In this document: positions 22,594 to 31,868 of the stretch, in pieces
Layout: the number at the start of each line of letters is the position of its first letter
Position numbering within the stretch: the stretch's first letter is position 1
NCBI GenBank assembly: GCA_002433895.1
Contig: DJJA01000005.1
Span: forward strand, 3,883 to 67,882
Source: Candidatus Gottesmanbacteria bacterium UBA6580
GTDB lineage: Bacteria; Patescibacteriota; Microgenomatia; UBA10105; UBA927
Length of the DNA: 64,000 bases
Direction of reading: 5' to 3'
The notes under the pieces: generated by a model
Database searches by the model: none
What the model saw: the letters and a program-made list of their open reading frames with translations, nothing else
What the model was told of the DNA's origin: nothing
Position numbers and translations under genes: made by a program

Positions 22594-23532
22594 TTATCCC
22601 TTTGGCAAAAACGAGCGGTATTGTGCAATAAGCGGCGCGCTGCCCAGCGCAATAGGTACCCGTTGGTCGTGCTTTACCGGGACGAGTTCCAATGGATTGG
22701 TCATGCCGCTTGTGGCATCTCCCCCTGCCTGGATCATGAGAAATGAAAGGGGAGCCACTTCGTAAAGTAAACGGAGCTTGCCGCTCTCGTGTTTCTTGTC
22801 GGCGGGATAGATAAATATGCCGCCTTTCAGTAGCGTGCGGTGGATATCCGCGACCATGGAGCCGATGTACCGGCCAGAAAAATCACCCGCGCTTTTTACT
22901 GCCGTGAGATAATTTTTTTCGGCATCAAAGAATAGCTCCCAGTTACCCTCGTTTATGGCGTAGTATTTCTTGTCGCCTACCCGCACGTTTTCATAGCTTA
23001 AAACAAATGTCTCCTGCACAGGATCAAAGGTAAATCCATTAACCGACCCTTTTACCGCGTAAAAAAGGAGCATGCTGGGTCCGTACAAAATATACCCTGA
23101 CGCTACCTGGGTACTTCCCTTCTGCAAAATAGAGTCTGCCTTGGGGTAGATTCCAAAAATCGTCCCAATCGGGAGGTTAGTGTCTATATTGCTTGATCCG
23201 TCGACCGGATCATGGGTGAGCGTAAACACACCCGTGCCGTTTCCCGATGTTTTTGGCGTTTCGAGTTCCTCAGAGCCAACGGCATGGATTGCCGGACACG
23301 CAAGCAGCGCGTCAGTGAGCGTTTTATCGGCATACGCGTCCAGTTTCTGCACGTTTTCGCCATACACGTTGGTGCCGCCTGAGTCTCCTGATTCATCGAT
23401 CAGCCCGTTCCGCGAAACTTTTTCGCGGATGGTTTTGGCGAACGACTCCAATACATCCATAACCTGGGCAAACGGCTCGCCGAGGTCAGCGTTGTGTTGG
23501 TGAACAAATTCATGAAGGGTAACTCGTGCCAT
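22594..23532 (-). CDS. fbp: fructose-1,6-bisphosphatase class I
   Basis: DPVDGSSNID metal-binding motif and a GG…Y…R C-terminal region. Length 312 aa. Confidence 0.8.
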   Translation of the reverse strand: MARVTLHEFVHQHNADLGEPFAQVMDVLESFAKTIREKVSRNGLIDESGDSGGTNVYGENVQKLDAYADKTLTDALLACPAIHAVGSEELETPKTSGNGTGVFTLTHDPVDGSSNIDTNLPIGTIFGIYPKADSILQKGSTQVASGYILYGPSMLLFYAVKGSVNGFTFDPVQETFVLSYENVRVGDKKYYAINEGNWELFFDAEKNYLTAVKSAGDFSGRYIGSMVADIHRTLLKGGIFIYPADKKHESGKLRLLYEVAPLSFLMIQAGGDATSGMTNPLELVPVKHDQRVPIALGSAPLIAQYRSFLPKG

Positions 23533-23673
23533 ACTGGGTAGTAGATTCGCGTTGCATCGTTTTCACGATGCGAACACGAGCCTTCCTCCTTTCGAAATGA
23601 ATGTAATAATGCTCATGTACCGTTATATGCCTTTGTAGGTTCGCATCTGTACGCGAAATCACTACCCAGCATA

Positions 23674-24588
23674 TTATTTCCCTCCCGTGTAAATAGCGAA
23701 TGCTTCGTCTACCGAAACTTTGTCATAGGTAAGTGCCGAGACCGCGTTGGCAAACCGTACCGCTTCGTCAAGCGGTTTCTGGTGGATATTGCGCCCCGTC
23801 GCGTTACCGGAGGTGCCAGAGATATGAATTTGGTCATGGAGTGTCTGGAGGAATTCTTTAACCTCCACACTACTGCCACCAGCGCAGATGAGCTTTGTGC
23901 GTCCGGCAGCTACCACCGCTTCTTTGAGCGCTTCCGCCCGGTTCCCTTCTTTTGGTTTCGGGTAATTTACCTTGGTGAAGTCTGATCCTAGGCACGCGGC
24001 AACACCCGCCGCCCCGGCTACCAAATGCGGGTCCTTTTCATCGGCGACCGCTTTGCCCCGCGGATACATCCAGAGTACGGTGAAAAGACCATGTTGATGT
24101 GCCTGAAATACCGCCTGTGCGGCTTCGTGGAGCATTTCTCCCTCAAACTCGCTTCCGGCGTAGACGGTGTAGCCGACACCTAATATCTTGAGCCCGCTCA
24201 TTTCCTTAAACCGCACGACGTCTGCCACGCTATACCAGCTTTGGCTCCGTGGATCCATTTGAGCGGCCTTGACGAGATTTGTTTTGGAGTTGAGTTTGAC
24301 TAAGTATGGGACATTAGCATAGCCGTGCCCATAACGGGCAATAAGCCCGAGTTGCGCGGCAAAAACGCCAATACGGGCTTTGGAGGCGATTTTGAAGATA
24401 TGCTCGGCGTCCGCGTCATCGGGGGCGATACCTTCGCCAAAAAAATCGTTATTTAAATGCTCTACTTTTTGATCTCCGGCAAATAACATGAGGCGGCCGG
24501 TATCATGGGTAGCAAGGCGTATATTACTTTCGTATTCGCTCTTTTTATCTTGAGGGACATCCAGTGGGGTAATGATGGTGTTCGTCAT
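23674..24588 (-). CDS. fba: class I fructose-bisphosphate aldolase (DhnA/archaeal type)
   Basis: About 300 aa with DhnA-family motifs (…GAAGVAA… and …GRNIHQ…). It is adjacent to fbp. Confidence 0.65.
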   Translation of the reverse strand: MTNTIITPLDVPQDKKSEYESNIRLATHDTGRLMLFAGDQKVEHLNNDFFGEGIAPDDADAEHIFKIASKARIGVFAAQLGLIARYGHGYANVPYLVKLNSKTNLVKAAQMDPRSQSWYSVADVVRFKEMSGLKILGVGYTVYAGSEFEGEMLHEAAQAVFQAHQHGLFTVLWMYPRGKAVADEKDPHLVAGAAGVAACLGSDFTKVNYPKPKEGNRAEALKEAVVAAGRTKLICAGGSSVEVKEFLQTLHDQIHISGTSGNATGRNIHQKPLDEAVRFANAVSALTYDKVSVDEAFAIYTGGK

Positions 24589-24698
24589 ACGTATACCTCC
24601 TTATACACCGGTGTGTAATATAAAACACCGGTAAATATCATCATATACTACAAGGACCGAGGAAAACAAATCAAACCGGCATTGCACCAGAAAAATAA

Positions 24699-25331
24699 CT
24701 ATGCTGCGTATTCGGGACAGAGATCGCCCAGTGTACAACCCTCGCACGTATGCGGCCGGGCAGTACAAACATAGCGTCCATGAAGCGTGAGCAGGTGCCC
24801 AAAGTCAATCCATTTATCCCGGGGAATGAGTTGCATCAGCTCCTGTTCGATTTTAACCGGATCTTTTTGTGTGGTGAGGCCGAATTTATTCGAAAGCCTG
24901 ATGCCATGGGTGTCGATTACTATTCCCTCGGCCTTGCCGAAAATACTTCCCAAAATAACGTTGGCCGTTTTTCTGGCGACCCCGGGCAGTGCGTCGAGCT
25001 TCTCCATCGTGTCGGGGATGTTGCCACCATAGTCGGTCATGATCATCTTAGCTGCAGCGACGATGTTTTTCGCTTTGTTGGAGTGGAAATTGATTTTGAC
25101 TACCATCCGGTCGATTTCCTCCGGAGTGGCGTTTGCGTAATCCTGAATGGCCGGGTATTTTGTAAATAATGCGGGGGTCACAGTGTTGACGAGTTTGTCA
25201 GTGCATTGGGCGGAAAGAATAGTCGCCACCAATAGTTCAAATGGTGTGGAGTAGTGAAGTTCAACCTTGGGATGCGGGGTGGCTATATACAGCCTGCGCA
25301 TAATCTCCAGTGCTTTTTCTTGTTTGGTCAT
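24699..25331 (-). CDS. nth: endonuclease III
   Basis: HhH-GPD domain and a C-terminal 4Fe-4S cluster loop (C-x6-C-x2-C-x5-C: CTARPHTCEGCTLGDLCPEYA). Confidence 0.9.
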   Translation of the reverse strand: MTKQEKALEIMRRLYIATPHPKVELHYSTPFELLVATILSAQCTDKLVNTVTPALFTKYPAIQDYANATPEEIDRMVVKINFHSNKAKNIVAAAKMIMTDYGGNIPDTMEKLDALPGVARKTANVILGSIFGKAEGIVIDTHGIRLSNKFGLTTQKDPVKIEQELMQLIPRDKWIDFGHLLTLHGRYVCTARPHTCEGCTLGDLCPEYAA

Positions 25332-25332
25332 A

Positions 25333-25560
25333 TTACTGTGGGCGTGCGTCGCAAGCCATGAGCGTACATGCTACCTGGCCGTTTTGGCAACTGCAGGTGT
25401 TGCAGTCGTCCCGGAATGATTCTCCGTGCTTATACGTTTGATTGTTGAAAGAACAGGAAAGCGGCAGTATGTTTGGAATTTGATAATTTGATTTGCCGAA
25501 CATAAATCCAATAATAATGCCAAGAAGCAAGAAGAACAGTGCGAGAACAAGAGTCTTCAT
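25333..25560 (-). CDS. small secreted Cys-rich protein
   Basis: Signal-peptide-like start MKTLVLALFFLLLGIII and a 6-Cys C-terminal module (CNTCSCQNGQVACTLMAC). The start is placed at the internal ATG at 25560. Confidence 0.35.
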   Translation of the reverse strand: MKTLVLALFFLLLGIIIGFMFGKSNYQIPNILPLSCSFNNQTYKHGESFRDDCNTCSCQNGQVACTLMACDARPQ

Positions 25561-25660
25561 ATGACGTGTACAGCCAAACATTAAATGTGTGTGAGCCATA
25601 CGGGTCTGGAACCGTTTAGTCCCATAACCACTGTATTTTGAGTGTATCACTTCAAGGCTA

Positions 25661-25698
25661 AATGAGACAAATGAGACACTATAAAAAAGGAGTGTCTC
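25661..25698. repeat. tandem 9-bp direct repeat (aatgagaca ×2) overlapping an 8-bp perfect inverted repeat (gagacact-N10-agtgtctc) at the GC/AT composition break
   Basis: Read directly from the sequence. It sits where core-like composition changes to AT-rich island composition. Confidence 0.5.
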
Positions 25699-25778
25699 AA
25701 AGATAATGATGTAGTTTGATATAGTATTCTTCCAAGTTGGTACTCACGTCCTGTAAGGAATATACTTAAAGCTGATAT

Positions 25779-26423
25779 ATGGCAAAAAAGACACAGAATC
25801 TAAACTCAAGAAAACTGATCTATTTGTTCCTATTTATAGTAATCCTCGGGTTAGGTTCGCTTCTGTGGTACAGAAACTGGCAAAGTAAGTTTGAAGCTCC
25901 CAGACACAATACTCAAATGGTCGAGTTCACTATCAGTAAAGACAAGACTTTGGACACTGTCATTGGCGACCTTCAGTACTACGACTTCATTAAAGACAAA
26001 GAAGCATTCAGATATGCTTTGGAACACGCAAAAGATACGAACCCGGGCAAAGATAGTTCACTAAAGATTGGAAATAATACCATTGATCGAGAAGCGAGAT
26101 ACTCTATCTCCCAAAGTATGACTGCTTGGGAAATAGCTGATGTTTTAGTTAACAAAGGTGAATATAGTCCATGTAATCATGGATGTCCTGATAGCGCATT
26201 TAACCCAGAATTAGTACCCGGTGGAGATTTAGCTCCTACTTTGAAAGAAAAATACTCTTGGGTCAAAACTTACGAAGATTGTACAAAAGCCATTGGTCAC
26301 GACGGTGGTCAACTCTCGTCAGAACAGTATTACCAAAGGACTGGAATAAGACGATGTGTGGCTCCTGACGGACGAGAATTTACAGAGGGTAAAGAGGGCT
26401 GGTCAGATGTTCCTACTCCTTAA
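25779..26423 (+). CDS. hypothetical membrane-anchored protein
   Basis: 214-aa ORF with an N-terminal signal-anchor helix. It converges on, and overlaps by 4 nt, the last gene of the candidate defence operon. It is AT-rich. Confidence 0.35.
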   Translation: MAKKTQNLNSRKLIYLFLFIVILGLGSLLWYRNWQSKFEAPRHNTQMVEFTISKDKTLDTVIGDLQYYDFIKDKEAFRYALEHAKDTNPGKDSSLKIGNNTIDREARYSISQSMTAWEIADVLVNKGEYSPCNHGCPDSAFNPELVPGGDLAPTLKEKYSWVKTYEDCTKAIGHDGGQLSSEQYYQRTGIRRCVAPDGREFTEGKEGWSDVPTP

Positions 26424-27337
26424 AATTTAATTTTTTGAATCTGAGTGCCAATTTGCTTCCAGGCTTCACCAAATTTAAAGAAATTGTCTGGTAAAGAGTT
26501 TTTCGCATATGGATTGTGGACTATAACGAAGTTACTTCCTAATTTATCAGGTTCTCTTGAACTGTTTAAGATATCCCATGGACAGTAGATCACAGCACTT
26601 ATACCTTCGTAACTGGAATCTCTAAACATAAGCATTTCAACTTCACTGCCACTAACCTTATTGAGTTTATCTCTTAAAGTCCAAGTACTTCCTTCTGACA
26701 TTGAATGAGGTGTAGTTCTTTTTAGAAAAAGAACTTGATGACCGATGGCAAAAAGGCACTTAAGTATCAATGGTATCTGCGCATCCATATGTTCCAATGG
26801 CGATCTATCAATCGCTATAATATACGGGTCACTAGAATTAATATGGCCACTTTTTAAATACGATAAGTACTTTTGATGTTTTTCTTTTAATCCTGCCGTA
26901 AGGCGAAATAGCATTTCTTTCTCAGGGACGTCCATTGCTTTACCGTATTCAATTTCTGGAACCCTATCTTTTCCAGCACCTTTTTCTACCGCAATTGCTT
27001 CAATCCAGACAGTACAATTATTATGAAGGATTTTGAAATCAGGACCAGTATCTTTATGTGTCTGTAAGTTATGACCCCTATTTAGTAACGTCGCTCCAAT
27101 GTGTAGCTCCCATGATCGTTGGTTAAACTGCTTTTTAAATTCGTTTGGAAAATTTGAATCGGCGTACGGTTCATATTGTTTCCAAATAGACTCTAACCAA
27201 TTTCTGAATTCTGGACGAGTTGCCATCGTAGCAATGGCAACATACGTAGGGTGGTAGAAATTAAACTTTTTCTTTAGAGCTGCAAGTTGTTTGCTGTTGG
27301 AGGCAACTCCTAGATTTTCATTAAATAGTTTGGTCAT
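26420..27337 (-). CDS. hypothetical protein (component C of the candidate defence operon)
   Basis: 305 aa. Its start overlaps the stop of the 1,225-aa gene by 17 nt, suggesting translational coupling. No confident domain was found. Confidence 0.4.
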   Translation of the reverse strand: MTKLFNENLGVASNSKQLAALKKKFNFYHPTYVAIATMATRPEFRNWLESIWKQYEPYADSNFPNEFKKQFNQRSWELHIGATLLNRGHNLQTHKDTGPDFKILHNNCTVWIEAIAVEKGAGKDRVPEIEYGKAMDVPEKEMLFRLTAGLKEKHQKYLSYLKSGHINSSDPYIIAIDRSPLEHMDAQIPLILKCLFAIGHQVLFLKRTTPHSMSEGSTWTLRDKLNKVSGSEVEMLMFRDSSYEGISAVIYCPWDILNSSREPDKLGSNFVIVHNPYAKNSLPDNFFKFGEAWKQIGTQIQKIKF

Positions 27338-30300
27338 GATTGTTTTCTATCCATTTTTGCTTAACCTCGTAATATTTAGGGTTACGTCTAATCAAAGAGT
27401 CAAATAGATTGTTAATCTCGTCCTTGTGACCTCGTAAAGATACCAATCTTTCAACGGCTCGATCCAAATCATTAGCTATAAGTACAGGTGCTGGATAATC
27501 GGAAAGCTTACTAAAGTAGAACAAAAACTCATCAACACCTTTATGATCTAATACGGTTTCTAATATCATGCCGTTATAGAAAAATGGCCACCAGTATAAA
27601 TCATGGAGTTTATCTTCTGACCAATTTTCTTGGTAATATTTTGATTCTAAGTCAATACATTTAGTCCATAGTTCGTAACAAATTTCAAAGTGATCAGTAT
27701 GATATTCTTCTATAAAATGATAGATGTCATTAAACACATCATGGTCATATTTAGTCAGAAGCATCGTCATATACTTTGACGATAATTTGATGGCGTCTTC
27801 TAAAGTAATAGCTCCTTTTGTTTCGGAACTCTTCTTTATCTCATCAGGTAACCTTTCTAATTGCCAGGCTAATTGTGCTCGAACTTTAGGATTTCCATTT
27901 TTGAGTTGACTCTCTAGTAGGGATTGTATTTTGGTTTGATCAAATTCCTCAAGCGGTTTCCATTGCCATTTGGGGAAGGCGTTTTGTCTGAATAGAGAAT
28001 AATAGATAAAAAGAGGCAGTATCTCCGAAATTACATCTTCATTATCACTTTTTAAGAACATTTGAATAACCTGCAAAGCCTTATCTGTTCCCAGAGTGCG
28101 GATATATGTAAACACCATTGCTAAATGTTTCGCCACCTGATTTAAGCGGATATTCTCATCAGTAAGCATGTCAAAAGCAAGGCGCTCCATTTCTTCTGCC
28201 AATTCTTCTGACACAAAACGTTCATTTGTCTTCCCAGGCAGGTGTGTGTGTCTGTTTTTAACAAGTTCAATCAGAGGTATACAGCCCTCGGCCCGCACAT
28301 AAAAATTTGAATCGAAACAAAGTATCTTTACCAACCTTAAACACTCAGGAATAATTTCTCTTGCGACTAATTGATCGGCTTCACTAAACGGAACTACTAG
28401 TTTTTGTAATGTCCATGCACAATATCCTCTTACTGTTGCCAATTCGGAAACATCATCACCTGAAGAGACTCTCTTGTGTAAATTAGATTCTCCCTTTGGA
28501 TCATCGGATGTGTTTGAACCATCCTTTGGGGGGTCGCTGTCTAAGATAAATATTTTTGTCATCCATAAGGCATCCTTTTTGTGACCGGCTTTGGCTAGTT
28601 TTTCAGCAAATTGAATTAGTGATTCTCTCGCATATCGATAACTAAATCTTTCTTCTATTGGACTGAAATCCTCTTCAGTTAACAAGTCCACTTGTTTCAC
28701 TTTCTTACCAATCAGATTCGAAAGAAGAGGCTTAACAAAGTTTTCAAAAACAAGCTTGAGAAGCTCTGGATTGTTATCATTTGTTTTGTATAGGCTACTA
28801 CATATAAGAATTTGCTGATTCGTGGTCAAATTAGCTTCTTGATTTACAGCATTTAGCAACGCTAAACCCCTATCAAAATTCTCCTCTAGCACACGGGAAA
28901 GTACTCCAGCAACATCATAGGCATCAAAAGTATCTCGCTTGGCTTTAAAATGATCGCTTTGAATATATGACTCAATTAAATCAATACCTTCAGACTTTGA
29001 CTTAGGATTGTTAATTAATTTCAGTGCACTATCAACAGTGTCCAACTCTCCGTAACTATGGCGTTTCTGATACTCAGGGTTGGATGCCCAGCTCTTTAAA
29101 ATCTCAACTGCGTTTTGACGAATTTCTTGATTGTCACTCTTCGCTGCTAAGTCTGAAACTATTTGTTCAACGAAAACATTGACAGGTAGATCACTAAAAG
29201 CTTTCAAACTGACACTTACAAGCTCCCACTTTTGTTCATCACTATAGCTATCGCTGTTTAGCGACTGAAATATTAAATCGTTTTTCCAGGGTATTCCTTT
29301 TCGCATTTTAATAAAGTCGCTTAATATTTCTCTTGCTTCATTAGAATGACTGCCTCCTTTATATTCCTCCAACAAGATTGGAAGTGAAGCTCGGTTAAGA
29401 AAATCAGGTTTTTGTCTTGTAACATCTTCCGTTTGTCGAGCGATGCAGTTTGAAATTACAAACGACCAGCCAACTTCTTTGTCTTTATATAGTTCTTGAA
29501 GTGCGGGAGTTAATATTTTTACGACAAAATGCTTATCTATAATCGAGAATTCATTCCCAGACTGGCCTATTCCTCCTCCCATGTGTTCCCAACCATCAAA
29601 GCTAATCTTCTTATTGAACCTACGGTAATACTTTTGATATTGATTAGAACATTTATCTTTTAACTCAAGTATCCTCTCAGCTGGATTTGCAATTACAAAA
29701 TCAGCTAAAATCTCGAACAGGCTTGGTGGGGTATAATGCCAAAATTTACCGTCGTCTTCTACGATATTAAAATTGCCTAAAATATAATTAACAATTTCTA
29801 CCTTAAGTTGTTGGACTGAACTTTGTTGGTAAATCTCTTTTAAGAACTTTGAGATTTCCTCGCGCTCCCACGAGCTTTCATCCTTTCTTTCAGAGTACAA
29901 GAATTTTTCAATGCGATATGCATATAGACTCTTCAGGATTCTAAATATTCTTTCAGCATATCTATGGTTTTTTTGGAATATATGTTGGCATAGATCGACA
30001 ATATCTTTTTTAATAAATTCTTCCCTATAATAATTAGCTTCATAGTTTTCAATCGCATTTTCGATGAGAGATAACGAATACTCTTGATTTTCTTGTTGAT
30101 CAATATTTTTTTCTAAAACTTTGAACAACTCTAAAGAAAAAGCACCTCTCAATGTGGCTTTCCATAGTGCATCCCAATCAGCTAACTTCAAATTCTCAAC
30201 GCTTTGTAACTTTTGCAGAACAAAATAATGAACAGATGGATTTACTGGCAAGCGGGCTATCTCATTATTAGCCCTATCTCTTCGGGAGTTGTTTTTTAAG

Positions 30301-30998
30301 TTTTTTATTATTTCCTCAACTCTACTTGTTGTAGTTTCTTTCTCTTCTTCGTACTTGTAGCCTGAATCGTCAAAAAATTGGACTTTCTTGTTATTAATTT
30401 TCTCCAAAATTTCCGATCGGGTCACAATCTTACCCTTCTGAGATCCATGATAAATATCATCAACTAATAATTTCTTTGTCCATTCGTTAAGTTGATGCGA
30501 TGGTAGCCAAAAATTTCCACCAATATTTAACACTTGAGCCATCAAAACAAGTATTCCCTTGTCATTTATCTCTTGAGGAACCTCCCAAATCTTTAATCGC
30601 GGGAGGAGTGATATATGCTCATCAGTAAATTTATGTACACTGTTTTTTAATTCTTTTTGTAACCTACCACCAAAATACTTAAAATTCTCAACTGCTCCCT
30701 TAACATCAGGATTAATCTGCTCAGTAATTATTAGTATTTCGTCATTTTTGGAAATTTGTTTATGTTTAGAAATAGTTTCTAAAATCTCACGAATATTATG
30801 CCACTCCAATGGAACGCTCCTATATTTGGATTCACAAATTATCCTTTTCTCATCAAAAACAAGAACAAAATCTTCAAGCTTAGACTGTTCAAGCTCAATC
30901 TGTTTAAAATCGGGTCGGGTGAGATATTGTAAAAACAACGATAGCCCAGCTGCCGCTTGTGCGTTTATTCCTTTAAATGTTGATTTTCCTGATGACAT
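27321..30998 (-). CDS. giant protein (component B): PD-(D/E)xK nuclease-like (Cap4/DUF4297-like) N-domain plus a roughly 1,000-aa HEAT-like repeat array
   Basis: 1,225-aa uninterrupted ORF. The N-terminus (KGINAQAAAGLSLFLQYL … EDFVLVF … ICESKY) is paralogous to the upstream 289-aa protein. The C-terminal two thirds hold repeated xxVRxxAxxxLxxL-type HEAT signatures (NFYVRAEGCIPLIELV, NPKVRAQLAWQLERL, ATVRGYCAWTLQKLV). No Walker A motif is present. Confidence 0.5.
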   Translation of the reverse strand: MSSGKSTFKGINAQAAAGLSLFLQYLTRPDFKQIELEQSKLEDFVLVFDEKRIICESKYRSVPLEWHNIREILETISKHKQISKNDEILIITEQINPDVKGAVENFKYFGGRLQKELKNSVHKFTDEHISLLPRLKIWEVPQEINDKGILVLMAQVLNIGGNFWLPSHQLNEWTKKLLVDDIYHGSQKGKIVTRSEILEKINNKKVQFFDDSGYKYEEEKETTTSRVEEIIKNLKNNSRRDRANNEIARLPVNPSVHYFVLQKLQSVENLKLADWDALWKATLRGAFSLELFKVLEKNIDQQENQEYSLSLIENAIENYEANYYREEFIKKDIVDLCQHIFQKNHRYAERIFRILKSLYAYRIEKFLYSERKDESSWEREEISKFLKEIYQQSSVQQLKVEIVNYILGNFNIVEDDGKFWHYTPPSLFEILADFVIANPAERILELKDKCSNQYQKYYRRFNKKISFDGWEHMGGGIGQSGNEFSIIDKHFVVKILTPALQELYKDKEVGWSFVISNCIARQTEDVTRQKPDFLNRASLPILLEEYKGGSHSNEAREILSDFIKMRKGIPWKNDLIFQSLNSDSYSDEQKWELVSVSLKAFSDLPVNVFVEQIVSDLAAKSDNQEIRQNAVEILKSWASNPEYQKRHSYGELDTVDSALKLINNPKSKSEGIDLIESYIQSDHFKAKRDTFDAYDVAGVLSRVLEENFDRGLALLNAVNQEANLTTNQQILICSSLYKTNDNNPELLKLVFENFVKPLLSNLIGKKVKQVDLLTEEDFSPIEERFSYRYARESLIQFAEKLAKAGHKKDALWMTKIFILDSDPPKDGSNTSDDPKGESNLHKRVSSGDDVSELATVRGYCAWTLQKLVVPFSEADQLVAREIIPECLRLVKILCFDSNFYVRAEGCIPLIELVKNRHTHLPGKTNERFVSEELAEEMERLAFDMLTDENIRLNQVAKHLAMVFTYIRTLGTDKALQVIQMFLKSDNEDVISEILPLFIYYSLFRQNAFPKWQWKPLEEFDQTKIQSLLESQLKNGNPKVRAQLAWQLERLPDEIKKSSETKGAITLEDAIKLSSKYMTMLLTKYDHDVFNDIYHFIEEYHTDHFEICYELWTKCIDLESKYYQENWSEDKLHDLYWWPFFYNGMILETVLDHKGVDEFLFYFSKLSDYPAPVLIANDLDRAVERLVSLRGHKDEINNLFDSLIRRNPKYYEVKQKWIENNHDQTI

Positions 30999-31000
30999 AT

Positions 31001-31867
31001 TTATTCTGTTAAACTTCTATTTGCTATTGGTAAAGTTGGCTGACGAGTCCACCATTGATTGAACTTAGATTGAACAACCGTTTTGATTTCACCTTTTTTC
31101 TGCTCTACTGCCGTAGGCCTCGGGTAATGCTCACTAAATAACTTTCGCATAGTAATATATTCGATAAGCGAGTCCTGGATTATAGGAACAACATCCTCCC
31201 CACTGCCTGACATCCTAACTAGGTGATATAAAAGATTGTGAAATAGAATTTCCTTGGGATATTCATAGTTGGTGGAGTCTGCTCCAAGTTCACTGATTAA
31301 ACTTTCAATTTCCTCTAAAATTAACCCCTCCAGCTGAGGATCATCTGGAGACTGAAGCGTATTACAATCTGCCGGAAGATCTTCGATCTTAATTTGGGAG
31401 CAAAAAACATGAACACTTCTCTGGTCGGGGAATACTTCTTCTTCATGATTTAGTTTATCCATTAACCATTGAGCTGAATTATGTGCTCTATCTGAATTTA
31501 GTATTTTGTACCTTCGTAGAATCGTCAAATGGCTCCAGTATTCCGAAATTGTAGGCAGGTATCCATGATTCATATATAAGTGTAGCTTAACTGTGGGAAA
31601 CGAAATACCATAAGTATGCAAATCAAGCATTGAACTGGCGATTTCCACCTCATCATCCTTAAACGTTTCACCAGTTTTAATCTCATAGACTTTTTCTTCA
31701 CCGCCAACCCTTGTTAGCAATCGGATATCCAATGATTTTTGGTCAGCTAGAGGATAATCGACGAAAAATGAAGTAAGATTTCTGGACCTAAAGTGTTTCA
31801 AAAACAAATATAATGCAACCTTATCTTGGTAATGGAATCCTTTTCTGGTAGCAAATATTGTTGACAT
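31001..31867 (-). CDS. PD-(D/E)xK nuclease-like (Cap4/DUF4297-like) protein (component A)
   Basis: 289 aa from the ATG at 31867. The N-terminus (RKGFHYQDKVALYLFLKHF … LDIRLL … EEKVYEIKTGE) carries D-(hydrophobic)n … E-x-K motifs and matches the N-terminus of the 1,225-aa protein. Its stop lies 2 nt from the start of the next gene. Confidence 0.45.
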   Translation of the reverse strand: MSTIFATRKGFHYQDKVALYLFLKHFRSRNLTSFFVDYPLADQKSLDIRLLTRVGGEEKVYEIKTGETFKDDEVEIASSMLDLHTYGISFPTVKLHLYMNHGYLPTISEYWSHLTILRRYKILNSDRAHNSAQWLMDKLNHEEEVFPDQRSVHVFCSQIKIEDLPADCNTLQSPDDPQLEGLILEEIESLISELGADSTNYEYPKEILFHNLLYHLVRMSGSGEDVVPIIQDSLIEYITMRKLFSEHYPRPTAVEQKKGEIKTVVQSKFNQWWTRQPTLPIANRSLTE

Positions 31868-31868
31868 A

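Noticed and set aside
30978-30998. Possible Walker A (SSGKST) at the extreme N-terminus of the 1,225-aa protein
   Set aside because: It is only MSSGKST. There is no G-x4-GK[ST] spacing, no preceding β-strand and no downstream Walker B, so it is not a P-loop.
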